A stretch of 64,000 nt of DNA from a virus (taxonomy: Duplodnaviria; Caudoviricetes): IMG/VR virus record IMGVR_UViG_3300022660_000043. One strand, written 5' to 3'. Positions 22,261-32,704 of this stretch are shown in pieces; the first letter of the stretch is position 1; the number at the start of each line of letters is the position of its first letter. The notes under the pieces were generated by a model. It was not told where the DNA came from. It saw only the letters and a list, made by a program, of their open reading frames with translations, and did not search any database. The translations under genes were made by a program, and so were the position numbers.

Positions 22261-22920
22261 TCAAGTGGTCATACAATATTTTTGGAAGAGGTCTTTAAGA
22301 TATTTGAACCAATAGCTCTCTTCCATATTATAGTCGGGCTTCACAAAATCGAAGCTATAGCTCTTTCCGACAATAGTTTCAGGAAAAGCTTCCGGGTTAA
22401 AACGACATACATCTGCCTGAAGATGCTTGATGTACTCTTGAACCTGTTTCCACTCATAAGGAGAGAACTTGGCGGCTGCTTCAAGACAGTACTTACTAAG
22501 AAGCAACTCCACTCTAGAGAGCTCAAGCAAAGACTTAGCAGTAAGCTGTACAGCCTTCGCTCTAATCTCCTCGAGGGTTGGAAACACGAGAGCTGCTTCA
22601 GCTGCAAGGTATTCCTTCTCATACTCCACGCAAGCATTATAAAAGTCCTGCAGATCCTTATCCGTGAGACCGGCTGCCGGAACTCCGTTCCATCTCCACT
22701 CTGCATCATGGTAATGAGGAAGTTTGGAATATGTCTCATGAGGCAGAGTACCACGACCACAGTCAGAAGAGATACTGAGATAAGCCTGACCATCAGAGAT
22801 AAGCTTGGATACTCTTACTGCCTTACCTGCGCGATAGCATTGAAAATGGTTTCCGTCGTCTGAGAAATCTTCTTCAGGCCAACGCTCAAACCCATATTTA
22901 GTCATCACGATTCTCTTCAT
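22261..22920 (-). CDS. hypothetical protein (219 aa)
   Basis: ORF with GGGAG RBS. Confidence 0.8.
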   Translation of the reverse strand: MKRIVMTKYGFERWPEEDFSDDGNHFQCYRAGKAVRVSKLISDGQAYLSISSDCGRGTLPHETYSKLPHYHDAEWRWNGVPAAGLTDKDLQDFYNACVEYEKEYLAAEAALVFPTLEEIRAKAVQLTAKSLLELSRVELLLSKYCLEAAAKFSPYEWKQVQEYIKHLQADVCRFNPEAFPETIVGKSYSFDFVKPDYNMEESYWFKYLKDLFQKYCMTT

Positions 22921-23310
22921 GCCTGAGCTCCCTTCAGCATAAATGCTTTTGCCACAAGGCTATTCTCATTCAGAACCACGGTCTCCTCTTCCTGAGAGGG
23001 ACGGAAGAAGGCGTCAACCCTCTCGCCTTTGTCGTTAGTAATAACGATAGTCATCTTTTCTTTCCTCCTTTAACTGTGCTTGATTTTGAAATAGCTTACT
23101 GCCGGACCATTGACGAAAGAGAACTGGACCTTGTTCTTCATCGCCTCCAGGCAATCTTCTTCGCTGAACCCGTCTACCAACTCCCAACGGTCATCATCCT
23201 GATTAAACCAGTAAAGGTTTCCGTCAGTACGGTTGTAGTAGTGATTCAGGGTCTTCGAATTAACGGCTTCGATAGTTTTCATTATTCTGTCCTCCAATAG
23301 GTTCGCTTGA

Positions 23311-23380
23311 TTACATTATTATTATAACATATTCCAAGCCATTTGTAAACTGACAAAACTACCAGACTTTTACTATTTTT
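23311..23380 (-). promoter_or_regulatory. class-1 promoter repeat, copy 7
   Basis: TTTACA-N17-TATAAT; separate terminator hairpin at 23388-23417. Confidence 0.88.
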
Positions 23381-23452
23381 CTTATACAAAATGACCCGAC
23401 CGAAATCGGGTCATTTTCAAAAGTCCAATATCGAAATCAGACTGTTTTCAGA

Positions 23453-24274
23453 TTACATCGCGAGACCGGCTTCGAACTCAGTCAGATATGTAGCAGGCAC
23501 AAACTTTCTGATCTCATCGACATTCTGTTTCTTGCCGAACTGGAAACCGTACTTGTCAACGAGAGTCCAGAAGAATTCGACTGAGTCAATTGCCTTCTTG
23601 TTCTTTTCCGTAGCCTTGACGGTCAGTACAGAAGGAACTTCAGCATCGAAAGTGCCGTGGATACTGAGAGTATACTTCATAGGATTATTTCCAGAAGTCT
23701 TTGCTCCCTTCTCGTAGACTGTGGCACATTCAACCGGTCCGAACTTAGACTCAAACCAGCTCTTACACTCTTCGGGCATCGAGGGCTTGATAGACTTAAG
23801 ATGCTTTGCCATCCAACCGATCATCTCGTATTCAGTCTGCGGAGTCTTACAGAGCGTAGACAAATCTTCAGGCTTCAGACGATCGAGACGAGCAATAGTC
23901 TGCTCAACTTTCTTCTTTGCTTCAGCTTCCTGCTTTTCCTGTTCTTTCTGAAGACGAGCAGCTTCCTTACGAGCTCTCTCTTCTTCTCTTCGCTGCTGGT
24001 CCATTTCAAACCAGTTAGCTCCGTACTCTGCCATCAAACAGTCCAGAGTTTCCTGATCAGTCTCGTCGAAAGTGATAAGCTTACGTGCAGAGATGATAGA
24101 GAAGGCGAGAGTTACTGTCTTGACCGGGGACTCAAAGGTCATGAAAATTTCAGGCTTGCCCTGATATTCAGAGCACCTGAGGCTCGTAACCTTACCGGCA
24201 CCGTAGACCTTGTGGACGCAAGCGATTTCGCAAGCAGTTTCAGAATTGAGAGTAGTGAGCATAGTCGTATCCAT
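23453..24274 (-). CDS. hypothetical protein (273 aa), SH3-like N-terminus plus coiled coil
   Basis: VHKVYGAGKV, E/K/Q-rich helix; only gene in its cassette. Confidence 0.8.
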   Translation of the reverse strand: MDTTMLTTLNSETACEIACVHKVYGAGKVTSLRCSEYQGKPEIFMTFESPVKTVTLAFSIISARKLITFDETDQETLDCLMAEYGANWFEMDQQRREEERARKEAARLQKEQEKQEAEAKKKVEQTIARLDRLKPEDLSTLCKTPQTEYEMIGWMAKHLKSIKPSMPEECKSWFESKFGPVECATVYEKGAKTSGNNPMKYTLSIHGTFDAEVPSVLTVKATEKNKKAIDSVEFFWTLVDKYGFQFGKKQNVDEIRKFVPATYLTEFEAGLAM

Positions 24275-24321
24275 AGTTGGACCTCCAAAATTTTATTTGT
24301 CAGAACTTAACTTCTTTGTTC

Positions 24322-24392
24322 TTACATACTAATTATAACATATTTTGACAAAAAAAGATACTGACAAAACAGCCAAAGTTTAATTATTTTTC
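24322..24392 (-). promoter_or_regulatory. class-1 promoter repeat, copy 8 (degenerate -35)
   Basis: TATCTT-N17-TATAAT with the full upstream AAACTTTGG..TTTTGTCAG block. Confidence 0.75.
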
Positions 24393-24403
24393 TATGCAGA
24401 ATA

Positions 24404-24488
24404 TAAAAAGGGAGCACAGCCCAACGACCAACTGTGCTCCAAAAAGAAAGGAGGTGAAAAATGTATGCAAGAACTACAACGCCCGCAC
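24404..24488 (-). ncRNA. candidate small RNA carrying the anti-SD sequence UCACCUCCUUUCU
   Basis: Class-2 promoter 24489-24501, no ORF, terminator GGAGCACAG/CTGTGCTCC-CTTTTT. Confidence 0.65.
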
Positions 24489-24527
24489 ATTATATTATAC
24501 AATGTCGAAAACCAAAATTTAACTATT

Positions 24528-25262
24528 TTAGAAAGTTTCTTCTGAAACTCCAGTAAACTGTTTCTGCTGAGTTCCGATTCTAGTGCCGACCCCGGAAGCC
24601 GGATAGGTAGGTCGGTTCTTCGGAAGCACCCAACTTACGTTAGTGTATCCACTCGCTGCTGCCTGACGAATTATAGCAACCTGAGTTGCCGGATCTTGAG
24701 TAAACTCTGTGAGAGTATCATGGAAGATCTGAATAACTCCCTTAGTCAGATTACCCTTCTTACCTTCGATAATAGCTTCGACCCAGAGCTTATAAGCTTC
24801 TTGTACTTCCGAGGTATGACTCAAGGTAGCAGTAAACCCGGTGAATGTCGCAATCTTACCCTGTCGTTTGGCGGCAGCTACATCAGTAGTCTTGGTCTTA
24901 GCTTTCTTCTGCAACTTCTCCAGAACCTTAACATCATCGTCGAGAAGATATTCCGCCATCTGCTGGACGTTGATTCCAATCTCATTAGGATTCTCAGGGT
25001 TAACCTGAAGAACTCCGATCCGAATTAATGCCTGATCCAAAGCGAGTTGCTGTTCTACCGGAATTCCGCATTCCTTTTCTACATACTCTCGCTTGAGAGG
25101 GAAGTAACCTGTGGCCACGAGAGTATCCCACTTCTTTTCTATTACCCTAGGATAAACATCGAGTAGGACGGCAAAGTAGGTGCTGAGTTCCAGACCGAAG
25201 TAACGAACCATCTTCTTATTAACAAGGAGATAAGAGTCCTTGCTCATAATATCAATAAACAT
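24528..25262 (-). CDS. winged-helix protein, phage replication initiator/replisome organiser-like
   Basis: YLLVNKKMVRYFGLE..YFAVLL...GYF......E.ECGI....Q......L...GVL pattern; own class-2 promoter 25285-25298. Confidence 0.55.
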   Translation of the reverse strand: MFIDIMSKDSYLLVNKKMVRYFGLELSTYFAVLLDVYPRVIEKKWDTLVATGYFPLKREYVEKECGIPVEQQLALDQALIRIGVLQVNPENPNEIGINVQQMAEYLLDDDVKVLEKLQKKAKTKTTDVAAAKRQGKIATFTGFTATLSHTSEVQEAYKLWVEAIIEGKKGNLTKGVIQIFHDTLTEFTQDPATQVAIIRQAAASGYTNVSWVLPKNRPTYPASGVGTRIGTQQKQFTGVSEETF

Positions 25263-25389
25263 AAAATCCTCCAAATAAATATTCTATTTTATTATACGAT
25301 ATAAGTAACTACGAAAAAACACCCCATCCGAAAATAGGGTGTTTTGAATTTTACATATTTGAAAACCGGTGGTTTTCAAATTATATGTA

Positions 25390-26274
25390 TTAGTAGGAGA
25401 AATTACCTCGTGCATCCGCAAGAGTACGATCGAGGAAGCGATAAAGCTTCTGATTGTTGGCACTTCTGATAGCTTCGAGAGCCTTACCGAACTCTACCGG
25501 ATTGAAGTTATAGTTTTCACCGAAATACGAGGCATAATCCTGAGGAAGTTTGCTCAGAAGCTGCACGCACCGGAAAGGCCAGAACTCTTTGGATACTTGA
25601 GTGAACTTCTTGGGATTACCTTCAGGATCTCGGCCCTCAACAACCTTCTTCGAAGTCTTCATAACGTCGTTGAAGGCGATAGTGTCGAGGATGATGGCCT
25701 CAACAATCTTCTTCTTGTTGAGATAAAGCTGAACCAGAGCTCTGGCATTACCTTCCGCAGAAGACCGAGCTTGATAATCAAGGTCATCATCGTCAGCGAG
25801 AGTATCACCAAGAGTGGTCTTGCCCTCTCCGCCAAACATTTCGCTGATTTCCTCATCCATCGAGGCAGCGTAGTGATTAGCACGGCTCTTGTCGAGGTTT
25901 TCCTGATAGTTATCTCGGAGGAAGGTAGTCTTGATGCACTTCTTTACAGCCTGATCGGCATTAACACCACGAGAGGGATCCTGCCAGACCTTGTACTCAA
26001 GAGCAAGCTCAATAGCTTTCCAGCCCTTGGAGATCTTCTCGTCGTATTCTACGTTCATACCGATCTTCTCATTGATGAAGTAACTCCAGAAACGGAGCAT
26101 AAGACCGGCAGCGCAGCAATCACGAAGCTTCTCGTCTCCAGCTTCTCTTGCAGCCTCCATAGTATCGAGCATCCAAGCTGCGGTTGCAGGATCTTTGTTA
26201 GAGTACTTAACTCCATAGTCCCTCTCAAGAACCGCTGCCTGTGCCTTAAACATAGTAAAAGCGGGGTTAGTCAA
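25390..26274 (-). CDS. putative phage RNA polymerase sigma-factor-like protein
   Basis: Region-2-like helices (LMLRFWSYF, GWKAIELALE) followed by region-3-like ASMDEEI...GEGKTTLGDTL. Confidence 0.55.
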   Translation of the reverse strand: MTNPAFTMFKAQAAVLERDYGVKYSNKDPATAAWMLDTMEAAREAGDEKLRDCCAAGLMLRFWSYFINEKIGMNVEYDEKISKGWKAIELALEYKVWQDPSRGVNADQAVKKCIKTTFLRDNYQENLDKSRANHYAASMDEEISEMFGGEGKTTLGDTLADDDDLDYQARSSAEGNARALVQLYLNKKKIVEAIILDTIAFNDVMKTSKKVVEGRDPEGNPKKFTQVSKEFWPFRCVQLLSKLPQDYASYFGENYNFNPVEFGKALEAIRSANNQKLYRFLDRTLADARGNFSY

Positions 26275-26305
26275 TATGTATCACCTTGTCCTTTCTTTCA
26301 TTGTC

Positions 26306-26620
26306 TCAGTCACAGAAACTGTAACTTACCTTATCAGTAAATGCCGGGAACAGCTGCTGCTTCTTCTGTCTTGCCACTGCCTCAACCTCAAGCAAGCCCT
26401 TACGAACTTTGAGAACCTGAGCAGCGGTCAGTCTGATCATCTTCATTGCCTTACCATCTGAAGTCAGTCGCTCCCAAATGTAATAGTACTGTCTATGACC
26501 GGCGGAGGAACATCTCACTCTCTTACCTTCTACCTTCTTGAAGGCAGGTGTAACCTTTGCTACACCGACATGAGTGCAGGTCCACTTACCAGACTTCATT
26601 CCCATATACTTACTTTTCAT
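26306..26620 (-). CDS. basic hypothetical protein
   Basis: K/R-rich ORF with GAAAGGA RBS, first gene after promoter copy 9. Confidence 0.75.
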   Translation of the reverse strand: MKSKYMGMKSGKWTCTHVGVAKVTPAFKKVEGKRVRCSSAGHRQYYYIWERLTSDGKAMKMIRLTAAQVLKVRKGLLEVEAVARQKKQQLFPAFTDKVSYSFCD

Positions 26621-26648
26621 TTTTGTATGTACCAGTCCTTTCTTAATT

Positions 26649-26725
26649 GTACATAATATTATATCACGTTTTGTTATGTTTGTAAACTGACAAATCTGCC
26701 AAAATTTAGATAAATTTGTCAGTTT
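26649..26725 (-). promoter_or_regulatory. class-1 promoter repeat, copy 9, with stem-loop
   Basis: TTTACA-N17-TATAAT; inverted repeat AAACTGACAAAT/ATTTGTCAGTTT. Confidence 0.85.
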
Positions 26726-27907
26726 TTCTTATGCAGAATTTCGTTAAAGATCGCGCCGGCAAAATGATCATCTCCCTCTACCTTGACAACTGTCTCAACC
26801 CACACATGCAAAGCAGCAAGAGGTTTGCCGTACCAGTTAGAACCCTTGAAATCGAGCAAAGCATGAAGACTTGGGATCTTATCCCTCGCAATAAGGATTG
26901 CCTCATCTGGGTCAGCTCCGGCCCAGAGCAAGAGAATACCTTCAAGCTGTTCTCCCTCTACCCCAATGCCCTGAACCAGAACCCGGTACTCACAGGGTTC
27001 GAGCTCAAAGTCCTCAAGGTCATTCACACATTCCATGTTCTTGTCGTCCATCCCTCTCCTCCATCCTTAAGATACCAGTCGCCGTCTTCGCCGTGGAAGA
27101 TCTCACCTTCAGATTCCAGAACAGCGTAGACTGCTTCGCAAGCTGCGTCGAAGTTATCACAGTCTTCTTGAAATGCCTTACGCTCCTGATCATCTGAGTC
27201 AGAGTTCCAGAAGATATACTGGTTCCACTCTACCTCAAGCTCATGGTACTGCTCATCAAGACCGACATCCAGCCAGTATCTTCGCTTCGAGTCTTTGTGG
27301 TAAAGACAAACAGACCAGCAACCTTTTGTTTTGTTTTTTACAACAGTCAATGGTGTAAACATCAGTCATCCTCCCCTACTTGAATATGAAGTCGAATGCT
27401 TTCCATCATCATATCCTGCTGGTCTTCGTCCCACCATTGATTAGTGACCTCAAGCTCATCAGAGTTGATCACGTCACACCACCATTCTCCAAGCTTACGC
27501 GGAACATTGTCCAGAACTTCTTCTACCTGCTTCATAGTCTCACAACTATCAAGAGCTTCCCAGACATCATTTACATGATTAAACGTTTTCATAGCTTACC
27601 TCCAGTCGTTTACTCATCATCTATATTATAACATATTTTCAAGGATTTGTAAACTGACAATCTGCACGAAGTTTTAGGTGGCTTCCTGTTAGTCCTTTAC
27701 TGGTTCTATAACACAGTTCAGCACTGATGACCTAGATAAGAGCATGGACCTCCAAAGCTCTGCTTTCTCAAAATCCATTACCCAAGCCTCTTCTTTCCGT
27801 GTATCCCACTTGATAGCTCCTTCCTCATCGAGACCACTGAGATAATAAATCTCGGGTGCGATCTGACCTTTGCGATTAGCTAAACGAAAGCTGAGAATGT
27901 ATTTCAT
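26719..27907 (-). other. small hypothetical genes 26719-27051, 27024-27362, 27362-27592, 27689-27907
   Basis: RBS-led acidic ORFs. Confidence 0.75.
27621..27675 (-). promoter_or_regulatory. class-1 promoter repeat, copy 10
   Basis: TTGTCAGTTTACA-N17-TATAAT. Confidence 0.85.
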
Positions 27908-27917
27908 GTCCCTCTCC

Positions 27918-28241
27918 TTACTCTACATTATTTTCAACCAAAGCTCTGGATACATAGATCCTGTCGATGTATCCAGCAATTCGGTCGACCTCCTCATTCC
28001 AATAAATCTTGGCTCTTTCTCTTGCATCTTCGGGGGTGCTGTAGATGTCTTGAGTCTCTACTCCCTTTACCAGACCACAGCACTCACACTTGTACTGATA
28101 AGAAGAGTGACCGGGATAGCCATGACCTCCAGGTCTTCCGAGATCGCACTCTTCACGATGAGGATGCTCCCCGCAGATAGGGCAAGCTTTTGCAGAAATG
28201 AACTGAACTTTCGGCGTTATATTTCTGTAGTAGGTGCTCAT
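27918..28241 (-). CDS. Lar-like (restriction alleviation) Zn-ribbon protein
   Basis: KACPICGEHP...CECCG...A...WN pattern. Confidence 0.55.
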   Translation of the reverse strand: MSTYYRNITPKVQFISAKACPICGEHPHREECDLGRPGGHGYPGHSSYQYKCECCGLVKGVETQDIYSTPEDARERAKIYWNEEVDRIAGYIDRIYVSRALVENNVE

Positions 28242-28243
28242 GA

Positions 28244-28978
28244 TTAGTCCTCCTTAATTTTGAGAATAAAGTTATTGATTTCGACTCTGCCGCGGTTCTC
28301 ACCGAAGAGCCTAAGAAGAGCTTCTACCAGACAGTCGAGCTGCTGGATAGAAGAAATGTCTACGCCCTCCTTACCCACAGTGAGAGGGGCAAACTCAAGG
28401 TACTCCAAGTCCTCGCTGTAACGATCGTTGAAGTGGTCAATAACTTCAGCAAGAATGAAGTTGTCGTAGTCCAATTTGGAATACTCATTAACCAGATCTC
28501 TGAGATCGTCACAGAGTCTGTCGAAGTCTCTTACCAACTGAGTCCATACTCTAAGGTCGTGGATGAAGTCCTTTACTGTATTACCATAGTAGCTGCGGGT
28601 ATCGTCCTTGAAGTCCTTATAGGTCTGATAATCCCAGATCCAGTCAGGAAGCACATGATCATTGTTATCTCGGTTGTAGAGAACGAGGTAACCACCCTGA
28701 CGACCGTTAAAGTGGACTCTGTACACCGGATGCTCTGCTACGAAGTCATCAATCTTTTCCTGAATAAGGAACTGAAGATCTCCAATGTCTTGTTCATCAA
28801 AAAGGAAACGAGCTGCAGTAGTCCAGTCACCTTCGAGCTTCAGGTTGTAGAGCTTTACGTTATGTGCAATCGATCTTCCACCATTCCAAGAATGGCAGGT
28901 GGAATAAGTAAAGTGATCATGCAGGAATTCCCACATAGACTTGGGGTTAGAAATGTCAACACCAGTTTTATAGAACAT
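28244..28978 (-). CDS. hypothetical protein (244 aa)
   Basis: GAGGAGG RBS; FNGRQGGYLVL motif. Confidence 0.8.
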   Translation of the reverse strand: MFYKTGVDISNPKSMWEFLHDHFTYSTCHSWNGGRSIAHNVKLYNLKLEGDWTTAARFLFDEQDIGDLQFLIQEKIDDFVAEHPVYRVHFNGRQGGYLVLYNRDNNDHVLPDWIWDYQTYKDFKDDTRSYYGNTVKDFIHDLRVWTQLVRDFDRLCDDLRDLVNEYSKLDYDNFILAEVIDHFNDRYSEDLEYLEFAPLTVGKEGVDISSIQQLDCLVEALLRLFGENRGRVEINNFILKIKED

Positions 28979-29110
28979 CTTTTTTCCTCCTCAAATTTTA
29001 TCGGTTCTCTGAATATACAACGGAATAAAGCCAAACAGGAAAATTCCCTTGTAATCATAACGATCTCTGAAACGATTGTATGTATGCCACTTCTTGTAAA
29101 CGATCATTTC

Positions 29111-29332
29111 TTATTCCTCCTCGTTGTTTGCAGAATTAGGCCAGTAAAGATTTTTGAGTTCATCATAGTTTTCAATCCAGCTGAGAAGAACATCTTTTGC
29201 CAGACTCTTCGTAATGCCTGCAAGCTCAGCAAGATAAGGGGAAGCTCCCCACATATTACATATACCCGACTGTCTGATTGCTTCGAGCATGATGTAGTAT
29301 TCTTTCCACTTATGATTGATGGGATATTCCAT
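29111..29332 (-). CDS. DUF5049-like small protein
   Basis: LEAIRQSGICNMWGA...WI.NY.EL. Confidence 0.55.
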   Translation of the reverse strand: MEYPINHKWKEYYIMLEAIRQSGICNMWGASPYLAELAGITKSLAKDVLLSWIENYDELKNLYWPNSANNEEE

Positions 29333-29354
29333 AAGAAGTCCTCCGTTCTTTAAC

Positions 29355-29427
29355 TTACATATATATTATATCATAAAACGGCTTTGTTGTAAACTGACAA
29401 AATAACCAAAGTTTAGATAATTTTTTA
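29355..29427 (-). promoter_or_regulatory. class-1 promoter repeat, copy 11
   Basis: TTTACA-N17-TATAAT; terminator hairpin at 29441-29472. Confidence 0.88.
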
Positions 29428-29493
29428 TCTATTTTATAGTAAAAGCACCCAAGATCCCTCTCAGGTGCTTTTATCATGTACTTTACTTATTTA

Positions 29494-30609
29494 TTAGTCG
29501 TCGATCGATACGAGGTCACACTCGTACAGCACATCAACACACTCAGTGTAGCCCTCTTCAGGATCAAGCTCATCCTCAGGCTCCATCTCAATACACTGCT
29601 CCACTCTGAGAGTCAAGAAGTCGCCGCGCTCGGGATGAAAGCCATAGATAGTATCCATAGTTTCACCGGCGAACTCAAGGCAATCTTCTACTGTCCGGAT
29701 TTGGCGAGCATACTCAAGAGCAGCCTTCGGAACCTCAAATTCTTCCAGAAAGATTTCGGTGTCGGTGGGGTCACCGTCCTTGTTGTAGCCGAGAGCACAA
29801 ACAACGTAAATGTAATTTTCCATAGTATATTCCTCCGTAGTTTCATTTGATTACATATATATTATATCACAACCGGTAAGATTTGTAAATCGACAAAGTG
29901 CACAGACTTTTATTATTTTTCTATGCACTTAGCCGGCACCCACACAGCAGTCGAGCTTGAGCTTCGTCTTCAGAGCCTGAAAACAAGTGATCTGCCCAAT
30001 GTCTCCGAGTCTCTCCCCTTCGATAAAGAGTTCAAGTTCTTCGAACTCATAGGGCTGGATATACTCAGACTCCATCTTCTTCTGCACTCTGTAGAGCTTG
30101 TAACCCTTAAGCTCGGGATACTTGAAAATCTGATCCTTTTCCCAAGGAATTGCTTTGCCGTGAGCATCCCAATAAGATTTTACATCAACTCTCTTGGTGT
30201 ATCCCATCTGAACAAGCTCTCTGGAAATCTCAGTAACCTTCATCTTAAACTCCTTTCAGGGTTTCAAGCATGTCTGCAAATCCAGAACACTCTTCTGCAT
30301 TCTCAAGGTGCATCTGAGCCTGCTCTGCATCCTTAGCTCCCTTAGCCCAAAGTCTCTCATTACTTGCTGCGCCTCTGTAATCAGAGATCAGTTCATCAAG
30401 CCACAGTTTCTGGTTTTCAGTCATAGTTAATGCTCCTCCTTAACTTCACAAATTTCTGCAGGGAAAGAACGTCCATCGCCATACCAGCAATCAGTGTCCG
30501 GCTTATAGAGCCAGTCCTTATCGCAGATATAAAAAGGCGGATAGAGAGCGTTTTTAGGGACAATCTTCATGTCACCATGAAAGGCTTTATAGCCTTCAAC
30601 CTTAATCAT
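29494..30609 (-). other. small hypothetical genes 29494-29823, 29929-30243, 30427-30609
   Basis: RBS-led ORFs. Confidence 0.75.
29851..29930 (-). promoter_or_regulatory. class-1 promoter repeat, copy 12, short stem
   Basis: TTTACA-N17-TATAAT; AAGTGCA/TGCACTT. Confidence 0.88.
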
Positions 30610-30633
30610 AAGTCTTATCCTCCGTGCTCTTGA

Positions 30634-30716
30634 TTACAATATTATTATATCACATTTTGATTGATTTGTAAACTGACAAAGCTACCAGACTTTTACAATC
30701 TTTTCTGGTAGCTTTG
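30634..30716 (-). promoter_or_regulatory. class-1 promoter repeat, copy 13, with stem-loop
   Basis: TTTACA-N17-TATAAT; CAAAGCTACCAGA/TCTGGTAGCTTTG. Confidence 0.88.
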
Positions 30717-31029
30717 TATGTTTTCATATTTCACATTTTGCTGCGAGCTCTTTCACAATCTCAAGAACCTGAGCTTCATGGTAAATAGAACCGTAGTCCC
30801 TCTCCCACTCTCCGGTACGTCTATCTACCCGGAAGATTCCCCAGCTCTCTCCGAGACTGATCTCTACTCTGGGTCCGTATTGGTCTTCGCTTATAGTAGC
30901 TTGAAAGATATCATAGTTTCCGTATTTCTTCTGCTGGTTAATCTTTCTGGTCATGAAAGCTTTGTTCTTTCCTCTGACAATAGAAAGCATTTCATCCTGA
31001 GTTAAACGTTTCATATCCAACCTCCAAAC

Positions 31030-31698
31030 TTATTTCAAAAGCTCTACTACATCTTTAGGGTTTCGAGCATCGTAGCAGTTACGACACTCTACACATCTCC
31101 TCTTACCACAGTTGATAGCAGGATTAGTCTTGTCTCTCGTCACAGTGAAAGTAATAACTCTTCTGTGATACTGTTTGATGTTCTCAACAAAGGACTCGTG
31201 AAGAACATGGTCTATGTAAGGACTGGAGAGGATCAAGGTTACGTTATCAGGAAATCTCTTTCCACTTTCGAAATACTTTCTGATAATACCGTACTGTTTA
31301 GTAAACAGTGCGAATTTCGTATGTCTTGCTGCTCTTGCAATTCTTATGTAGTTGAGAAGCTGTGTTTCATTAGTCAGATCTCCGAAAGATTCGAATCTCG
31401 CAATCGCAGTGTTCAGAAAGAACTTCGCAATCTCCTTAAGCTCGGAGGTAGTAAGTTCCCTCTCTGCAAGGATGTGAGTGTTGTTCGTGAGAGCACCCTC
31501 AAGTCTCGGATACATTGCCATTGTCCTGTCTACATAGCAGTGAGTACAAATGCAATCAGGATTATCAGAGCAGGCTCTTTGCATGCACTGGGGGTTAAGT
31601 TTCTTGTTCGTGCTAAGACTGGGGATCATGGTCATCTTACCCTGATGCTCAGAGAGAGTGATATGTTCTTGATCGTTGATTTGAATTTTGAAGCTCAT
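31030..31698 (-). CDS. GP88-like Cys-rich phage protein
   Basis: C..RA....CIC.HCY, ARFESFGD, FALFTK, C..RRC.EC.NCY. Confidence 0.6.
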   Translation of the reverse strand: MSFKIQINDQEHITLSEHQGKMTMIPSLSTNKKLNPQCMQRACSDNPDCICTHCYVDRTMAMYPRLEGALTNNTHILAERELTTSELKEIAKFFLNTAIARFESFGDLTNETQLLNYIRIARAARHTKFALFTKQYGIIRKYFESGKRFPDNVTLILSSPYIDHVLHESFVENIKQYHRRVITFTVTRDKTNPAINCGKRRCVECRNCYDARNPKDVVELLK

Positions 31699-31722
31699 GG
31701 TCTTTACCTCTCCACTTGTTCG

Positions 31723-31784
31723 TTACAATAATATTATAACATATTTTGCCGAAAAAGTAAATAGGTAAACTAACCAGAGTTTAC
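31723..31784 (-). promoter_or_regulatory. class-1 promoter repeat, copy 14
   Basis: TTTACT-N17-TATAAT; upstream AAACTCTGG. Confidence 0.85.
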
Positions 31785-32450
31785 TTACTTTTCTTGTGCA
31801 TCTTGATAAATGCCTGTGAACATATCTCTCACGTTATTTGCCTTGAAGACACCAACGTAGTTTCCGAGAGTATCAATAGTCCATCTAATTCCACCGTACT
31901 CCGCAGCATTCTTTGCTTTCGCAATCATGTTGTCGCTGGACATATTAACTCTCGCTTTCTGAGACCAGAGATCTACAAACTCTGCGAGTCTATCAGGTGT
32001 AACCTGAATCAATTCTCCGGATACAGCGAAAGGCAGGTTTCCTGAAACGAGAACAGGAGCTTCTACAGAACTGAGACTGAGACCACCAAAACCGTGAGTC
32101 TTATAGAAAGAGGATACAGGAAGACCGGGGAGAGTTGAGATCTTATCAAAGTTCATCGCGATAGTTTTGATAGTGGATCTATACTTGAGGTATTCCTTAA
32201 TACCGTATGTAAACTTCATCATCTGCGGCGGAGTAAGATCGCCCATACCGATAATATGATAAAGATCACACTGAACGATCTTGGTCTGCAGTGATTCCTC
32301 GGCTCTACAGAAATTCTGAAGTTCCAGGGCTTCCTGTATAGTCAGCTTCTTGAGATCGTCTGTTGTCTTGATACCTCCAAGTAAAAGCTCGCACTTATCA
32401 ATGCGAACCTTAAGCAGAGTCATAAATCTTTCGAAAGTTTCCTTATTCAT
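31785..32450 (-). CDS. hypothetical protein (221 aa)
   Basis: AGGAGG RBS. Confidence 0.8.
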   Translation of the reverse strand: MNKETFERFMTLLKVRIDKCELLLGGIKTTDDLKKLTIQEALELQNFCRAEESLQTKIVQCDLYHIIGMGDLTPPQMMKFTYGIKEYLKYRSTIKTIAMNFDKISTLPGLPVSSFYKTHGFGGLSLSSVEAPVLVSGNLPFAVSGELIQVTPDRLAEFVDLWSQKARVNMSSDNMIAKAKNAAEYGGIRWTIDTLGNYVGVFKANNVRDMFTGIYQDAQEK

Positions 32451-32704
32451 AGGTCCTCCTTACTGAACCAGTTCAATATCAAGTCTCTCAAGAGCAAGCT
32501 TGAAGGTGAGACAATCTGCGGTGCCGAGAGGGAGTTCATAGCAAGAACACTTGTAGTCCCCCATAACCCGGATATTAACCGGACCTCCCCAGAGACAGAT
32601 GAGTCTCACGAAGTTTCTGAGATCCTCACAATCTTCCGGTATCCAGAGCCTAGGGCCATAGCAACCCTTAATCTCAGGAATAAATTCTATCTTACGAGTC
32701 TGCT

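Noticed and set aside
24445-24560. Plus-strand small ORF MYARTTT... as a type I toxin
   Set aside because: Not hydrophobic, no plus-strand promoter seen, and promoter and terminator polarity point to the minus strand
22282-29353. Long plus-strand ORFs (22282-22863, 23657-24310, 25369-26340, 28433-29353; likewise 48932-49819)
   Set aside because: Antisense shadows of RBS-led minus-strand genes, with no RBS, promoter or motifs
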